This document shows positions 58,935 to 64,000 of a DNA stretch of 64,000 nt, in pieces. The position numbers and the translations under genes are program-made. The notes below the pieces were generated by a model that saw nothing but the letters and a program-made list of their open reading frames with translations, did no database searches and was not told where the DNA came from. The stretch comes from an uncultured bacterium. Lineage in GTDB: Bacteria > Cyanobacteriota > Cyanobacteriia > Cyanobacteriales > JASJDA01. The DNA lies in assembly GCA_964458305.1 (NCBI GenBank), contig CAYWIH010000006.1:5884-69883 (forward strand), read 5' to 3'. Within the stretch, counting starts at the first letter, position 1; the number at the start of each line of letters is the position of its first letter.

Positions 58935-60287
58935 ATGAGCCAAAATATTTATCAAGCTTGCCTGATCGAAATCACTGAAGATCCTCGTCTCGGACAGACT
59001 AATAAAACTTATTTAATTTCTGCCGAGCATTCGACAATTTTGGGCCGAGCAGTTAGTTGTGAAATTACGATCGATTCTAGTCAATATCAATCTGTTTCGC
59101 GCCGACACGCAGAAATTCGCCCCATGGCTTCAAAAACCAGCGACGGCTATCCGATGTGGCAACTTTGCGACTTAGAAAGCGTCAACGGTACTTATATTAA
59201 CGGTCAGTTGCTCGAGGGCTGTCAAAATCTCGAACCCGGCGATCGCATTTCTTTAGGAAGAACCGGCCCTTTATTTATCTTTGATTGGCAAGTTAACCAC
59301 CAACAGGTTTCTTTGACTAATGCCCGCAAACTGACTCAAACAGACTCGGTTCACCTGACTCAATTAATTCCGATTCTTTCTTCGCAACAAGATTTATTAG
59401 AAAAGGCTTACTTATTGCCAGGTTTGATTACTGTTTTAGTGGTAATTGGATTGTTTGCTAGTATCGGCGATCGGCTAGTTTTTAACAGTCTTTTGGGTAT
59501 TTATTTGGCCTCTGCTGGCTTTTATTATGTCTATCGTTTGGGGGGGAAACACAAGCCTTGGTGGTTGTCGATCGCTTCTGCTTTAATTACGGTCGCCATT
59601 ATCACCAGTCCGATGCTGGATATATTTTTATTTGTCTTTCGCGATCTTTTGCCCGGACAAATTGTCGGCGATGTCGAAAATATTAGCTTTTTTGCCCTGT
59701 TCGTGAGAATGTTTTTTGGCGCGGGGCTGATGGAAGAGTTACTCAAGGCAATACCGGTATTTATTTTTTTATTATTAGGCAGGATGTTAAAATCTCCCTG
59801 GCGCGAAGCTGTCGGCGTTTGGGAACCCCTCGACGGCATCTTAATTGCTACTGCTTCTGCTGCTGGTTTTACCCTGGTAGAAACCGTTTTTCAATACGTT
59901 CCAGATATCATTCAAACTATCAGTGCTAGCGGCGATCCCGTCCGAGCGCAAGAAGTCGGCACTCAATTACTAATTCCTCGGATCGTCGGTGCTGTGGCCG
60001 GACACATGGCTTATAGCGGTTACTTCGGTTATTTTATCGGTTTTAGCGTCCTCAAACCCAAAAAACGCTGGTTGCTTTTGGCGATCGGTTATTTAAGTTC
60101 TTCTGCCATTCACGCCCTTTGGAACGCTTCTAATGCTTTTGAAGAACCCTGGAATATCATGGTTTTGGCCCTTGCAGGTGTCTTTGCTTACTTGTTTTTA
60201 GTCGCAGCAATTCTCAAAGCCCGTCAAATATCTCCGACTCGATCGCAAAATTTCGCCACTCGGTTGGGAAGACCCCATAACTGGTAA
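58935..60287 (+). CDS. FHA domain fused to a PrsW-family intramembrane protease
   Basis: 450 aa. FHA motifs: 'ILGRA...SRRHAEI...SVNGTYING...GDRISLG'. The membrane domain carries the PrsW motifs 'MEELLKAIPV', 'GHMAYSGYFGYF' and 'AIHALWN'. Confidence 0.8.
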   Translation: MSQNIYQACLIEITEDPRLGQTNKTYLISAEHSTILGRAVSCEITIDSSQYQSVSRRHAEIRPMASKTSDGYPMWQLCDLESVNGTYINGQLLEGCQNLEPGDRISLGRTGPLFIFDWQVNHQQVSLTNARKLTQTDSVHLTQLIPILSSQQDLLEKAYLLPGLITVLVVIGLFASIGDRLVFNSLLGIYLASAGFYYVYRLGGKHKPWWLSIASALITVAIITSPMLDIFLFVFRDLLPGQIVGDVENISFFALFVRMFFGAGLMEELLKAIPVFIFLLLGRMLKSPWREAVGVWEPLDGILIATASAAGFTLVETVFQYVPDIIQTISASGDPVRAQEVGTQLLIPRIVGAVAGHMAYSGYFGYFIGFSVLKPKKRWLLLAIGYLSSSAIHALWNASNAFEEPWNIMVLALAGVFAYLFLVAAILKARQISPTRSQNFATRLGRPHNW

Positions 60288-60465
60288 AATAATAATTGAA
60301 AAATCTATTATAATAAGACGCAACTTTGTAGAGATTGCCGTAAATGTTGGGATAGTTCTCGTAATGATACCATTTTTATAATAAAAGGTCTTTACCCTAG
60401 CTTTAGCAATTATAAATTCTAAGACAAACTAGACAAATAAAAAAAACACTATCGATGCACCTATT

Positions 60466-63285
60466 ATGCTAAAAATGTTCCTAGGCGATCCCAACGCCCG
60501 CAAACTCAAAAAACTCCAACCACTCATTACAGAAATTAACTTACTCGAAGAGGAAATATCTGCCCTTTCCGACGAAGAACTAAGAAATAAAACCGTAGAG
60601 TTTCAAAAACAACTAAAAACAGCCCAAAACGACCGCGAACAAAACGAAATCCTCGACGATCTTTTACCCGAAGCTTTTGCCGTAGTTCGCGAAGCAGGAA
60701 AGCGCGTTCTGGGAATGCGTCATTACGACGTGCAAATGCTCGGCGGTATCGTTCTGCATAAAGGTCAAATTGCTGAAATGAAAACCGGGGAAGGTAAAAC
60801 CCTAGTTTCTACCCTGCCAGCCTATCTCAATGCTTTAAGTGGCAAAGGCGTACACGTAGTCACGGTTAACGATTATCTCGCCCGTCGCGATGCGGAATGG
60901 ATGGGTCAAGTACATCGTTTCTTAGGTTTGAGCGTCGGTCTGATTCAATCAGGAATGGATCCGGCCGAGCGCAAAAAAAATTACTCTTGCGATATAACTT
61001 ACACTACTAACAGCGAATTGGGTTTCGATTATCTGCGGGATAATATGGCAGGATCGATTCAAGAAGTTGTTCAGCGTCCCTTTAACTATTGCGTGATCGA
61101 CGAAGTAGACTCAGTACTGATCGACGAAGCTAGAACTCCTTTAATTATTTCAGGACAAATCGAACGACCCACTGAAAAGTATATCAAAGCCGCAGAAATA
61201 GTCCAAAAATTACGCAAACAAGAAAACGAAGACGATCTCGAAGGTCACTACGAAGTAGACGAAAAAGCCCGCAACGTGATTATGAGCGACGAGGGTTTTA
61301 TCGAAGTAGAAAGATTGCTCGGAGTAAGCGACCTCTACGATCGCGATAATCCTTGGGCCCACTACGTATCTAACGCCCTCAAAGCCAAAGAATTGTTTAC
61401 AAGAGACGTAAACTATTTGGTACGCAACAACGAAATCATTATCGTCGACGAAAACACCGGACGGGAAATGGTCGGCAGACGTTGGAGCGACGGACTCCAC
61501 CAAGCGATCGAGGCTAAAGAAAGTGTCGAAATTCAAAACGAAACTCAAACTCTAGCCAGCATCACTTACCAAAACTTCTTCTTGCTCTATCCCAAGCTGG
61601 CAGGAATGACGGGAACTGCCAAAACAGAAGAAACCGAATTTGAAAAGGTCTATAGTCTCGAAGTAACTATTATCCCCACCAACAAACCTCCTCGACGAGC
61701 AGATTTGCCCGACGTGGTCTATAAAAATGAAATCGGCAAATGGAACGCCGTAGCCGAAGAATGTGCCGAAATGCACCAAGAAGGTCGTCCGGTACTGGTG
61801 GGTACTACTTCAGTACAAAAATCAGAAATACTCTCTAAACTGCTCCAAGAAAAAGGCATCCCCCACAACCTGCTTAACGCTCGTCCCGAAAACGTCGAAA
61901 AAGAATCGGAAATCGTCGCCCAAGCGGGCCGCCAAGGCACTGTCACCATCGCCACCAACATGGCAGGACGAGGCACGGATATTATTTTAGGCGGCAACTC
62001 CGATTATATGGCGAGGCTCAAAGTTAGAGAATATTTGATGCCCCAAATAGTCAGACCCGAAGAAGATGAAGATTTGATGGCTCAAGTAGCTTTAGCAGGT
62101 GCAGGACGCAAAAAAGGTCAAGGTTTTGGCGGCGGTTTAGAAAAGAAAAAGAAAGTCAAAACTTGGCAAGCATCGCCGGAAATTTTCCCCACCGATCTTT
62201 CCTCAGAAACCGAAGAATTGCTCAAAGAAGCGGTTAAATTTGCCGTAGATACCTACGGAACTCAAAGCTTATCGGAATTAGAAGCAGACGAAAAAATTGC
62301 CGTTGCAGCCGAAAAAGCCCCCGTAGAAGACCCCGTAATTCAAAAACTCCGCGAAGCATTTCGCGCCGTTCGCGCCGAATACGACGAATTTACCGAAAAA
62401 GAACACGACGAAGTTAAAGATAAAGGCGGACTCCACGTGATCGGTACGGAAAGACACGAGTCCCGTCGCATCGACAACCAATTAAGAGGTCGCGCGGGAA
62501 GACAAGGAGATAACGGATCGACTCGATTTTTCTTGAGTTTGGAAGATAATTTATTGCGAATTTTTGGCGGCGATCGCGTTGGCAAAATGATGAATTTATT
62601 CCAGATCGAAGACGATATGCCGATCGAGTCGAAAATGCTGACTAACTCCCTCGAAGGGGCGCAAAAAAAGGTAGAACTGTTCTATTACGACAGTCGCAAA
62701 CAAATATTTGAATACGACGAGGTGATGAACAACCAGCGTCGCGCCATTTATTCCGAACGTCGTCGCGTTTTAGAAGGTTTAGATCTCAAAGAACAGGCGA
62801 TCGGTTACGCTGAAAAAACTATGGCCGAAATCGTCGATGCTTATATCAATCCAGATCTGCCCCCAGAAGAATGGGAATTAGACAAACTAGTAGATAAGGT
62901 CAAGCAGTTCGTCTATTTAATGGAAGATGTCGAACCTCAAGATCTCGAAAATATGACCGTCAGCGAAATTAAAAATTTCTTGAACGAAGAAGTTCGCAAA
63001 GCCTACGATCTTAAAGAAGATATGGTCGAACAAACTAATCCTGGTTTAATGCGTCAGGCTGAAAGATTCTTTATCTTACAACAAATCGATACCCTCTGGC
63101 GCGAACATTTACAAGCTATGGACGGTTTGCGCGAGTCGATCGGTTTGCGCGGTTACGGTCAAAAAGATCCTCTGATCGAATACAAACAAGAAGGTTATGA
63201 AATGTTCTTGGAAATGATGAGTGATGTTCGTCGCAACGTAATTTACTCCCTATTCCAGTTCAAACCTCAACCTCAAAATTCTTAA
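60466..63285 (+). CDS. secA: Preprotein translocase ATPase SecA
   Basis: 939 aa. '[31 protein letters not shown]', DEAD-like '[21 protein letters not shown]' and '[10 protein letters not shown]'. Confidence 0.96.
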   Translation: MLKMFLGDPNARKLKKLQPLITEINLLEEEISALSDEELRNKTVEFQKQLKTAQNDREQNEILDDLLPEAFAVVREAGKRVLGMRHYDVQMLGGIVLHKGQIAEMKTGEGKTLVSTLPAYLNALSGKGVHVVTVNDYLARRDAEWMGQVHRFLGLSVGLIQSGMDPAERKKNYSCDITYTTNSELGFDYLRDNMAGSIQEVVQRPFNYCVIDEVDSVLIDEARTPLIISGQIERPTEKYIKAAEIVQKLRKQENEDDLEGHYEVDEKARNVIMSDEGFIEVERLLGVSDLYDRDNPWAHYVSNALKAKELFTRDVNYLVRNNEIIIVDENTGREMVGRRWSDGLHQAIEAKESVEIQNETQTLASITYQNFFLLYPKLAGMTGTAKTEETEFEKVYSLEVTIIPTNKPPRRADLPDVVYKNEIGKWNAVAEECAEMHQEGRPVLVGTTSVQKSEILSKLLQEKGIPHNLLNARPENVEKESEIVAQAGRQGTVTIATNMAGRGTDIILGGNSDYMARLKVREYLMPQIVRPEEDEDLMAQVALAGAGRKKGQGFGGGLEKKKKVKTWQASPEIFPTDLSSETEELLKEAVKFAVDTYGTQSLSELEADEKIAVAAEKAPVEDPVIQKLREAFRAVRAEYDEFTEKEHDEVKDKGGLHVIGTERHESRRIDNQLRGRAGRQGDNGSTRFFLSLEDNLLRIFGGDRVGKMMNLFQIEDDMPIESKMLTNSLEGAQKKVELFYYDSRKQIFEYDEVMNNQRRAIYSERRRVLEGLDLKEQAIGYAEKTMAEIVDAYINPDLPPEEWELDKLVDKVKQFVYLMEDVEPQDLENMTVSEIKNFLNEEVRKAYDLKEDMVEQTNPGLMRQAERFFILQQIDTLWREHLQAMDGLRESIGLRGYGQKDPLIEYKQEGYEMFLEMMSDVRRNVIYSLFQFKPQPQNS

Positions 63286-63356
63286 TCCGATTTTTGCCGG
63301 GTTCGATCGCCCGGCTCGATCGAGTTTCTGACAATGCTCCGATAATAACTGTAAAA

Positions 63357-63932
63357 ATGTCAGCAATAAAATTAGGTAAATATTTAACACTAACTGAATT
63401 TTGTCAGTGCAGTAATACCTATAAAAAATACAGTGAAAGTATAGATCCGCTTCCAAAAAATACCGAAACAATTAAAGCAATAAAAGAATTAAATCAATTT
63501 ATTATCGATCCGATAATTGATAATTTTGGTAAGGATATCTTTAAACTAACTTATGGTTTTTGTTCTCCCGATTTAAAAAGATTTTTAAATAAAAAAGACC
63601 CAATTACTGGTATAAAAAACGGTCGCATCGACCCAAGTCGAGACCAACATATGGGTCACGAAATTAATAAAAATGGTAATTATTATTGTAAAAGATTGGG
63701 TTCAGCCTGCGATTTTATAATTGAAAATTTGGATAGTAAAATTTTAGTAGATTGGATTTTAGAGCAGGAATTACCTTTCGATTCTCTCTATTTTTATGGC
63801 AGCAATCGCCCGATTCATATCAGTTACGGGCCGGAAAATAAAAGAGATATTTGGACGTTTACAGCAGCAGGAACGCCCACTAAAAAAGGAATCGAAGCTT
63901 GGACAAAATTAGCAAAAAAAATTAAAAATTGA
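63357..63932 (+). CDS. Hypothetical protein
   Basis: The ATG at 63357 (internal to the tracked TTG ORF) gives 191 aa starting 'MSAIKLGKYLTLTEF'. Faint resemblance to peptidase M15-like hydrolases ('GHE', 'SACDF'), which I cannot confirm. Confidence 0.45.
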   Translation: MSAIKLGKYLTLTEFCQCSNTYKKYSESIDPLPKNTETIKAIKELNQFIIDPIIDNFGKDIFKLTYGFCSPDLKRFLNKKDPITGIKNGRIDPSRDQHMGHEINKNGNYYCKRLGSACDFIIENLDSKILVDWILEQELPFDSLYFYGSNRPIHISYGPENKRDIWTFTAAGTPTKKGIEAWTKLAKKIKN

Positions 63933-64000
63933 TAATTTATACATAAAAATAGTAAAGATTCGATCGAGGTTTGTTTAAAAATAAAAAATAATACCATTTT

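Noticed and set aside
61210-62585. Cluster of 67-112-aa antisense and alternative-frame ORFs inside secA
   Set aside because: They lie entirely within a strongly supported, highly conserved CDS. The translations are low-complexity mirror-frame products. The same applies to the shadow ORFs inside the ATPase, spoT, the Ycf45-like gene, ldpA, murC, glgA and the MCP.
1-64000. Search for CRISPR arrays, tRNA, rRNA, tmRNA or SRP RNA genes
   Set aside because: I saw no regularly spaced direct repeats. T-loop-like strings ('ggattcgat') occur only inside CDSs or without acceptor and anticodon arms. No rRNA-like conserved blocks were seen. This is by eye only; tRNAscan or Infernal would be definitive.

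Overview
This is a 64 kb chromosomal segment from an AT-rich cyanobacterium. The assignment rests on very dense GCGATCGC/CGATCG (HIP1-type) palindromes and on the marker genes ldpA, gap2, sucrose synthase, glgA and a ycf45-like ATPase. I cannot name the genus from sequence alone. I support about 45 protein-coding genes and saw no rRNA, tRNA or CRISPR array. Most of the window is housekeeping: rplU-rpmA, infC, rpsD, recF, spoT, secA, murC-murB, gap2, glgA, moaA, glcE-glcF, queD and an IMPDH-family gene. Eight parts look accessory or unusual. (1) An AT-rich patch at 47.7-53.4 kb carries a lipoprotein, a short helical ORF and a NACHT-HEAT STAND NTPase. The P-loop of that NTPase lies upstream of any usable start codon, so the gene is frameshifted or split. 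A small Ras-like GTPase follows it. (2) A REC-Roadblock/LC7 response regulator lies near that GTPase. (3) A two-gene lipid module pairs a fatty-acyl-AMP ligase with a carrier-protein/alpha-oxoamine-synthase fusion. (4) An FHA-PrsW intramembrane protease fusion. (5) A diguanylate cyclase with an ETR1-like ethylene-binding transmembrane domain. (6) A soluble five-GAF methyl-accepting chemotaxis protein, in which a tandemly duplicated GAF pair keeps the cyanobacteriochrome Cys position as Cys-Tyr. (7) A solo IS200/IS605-type tnpB with a GC-rich 3' segment that looks like an omega-RNA scaffold. (8) A translationally coupled pair of small orphan genes. All functional calls come from reading motifs by eye; no database search was run.
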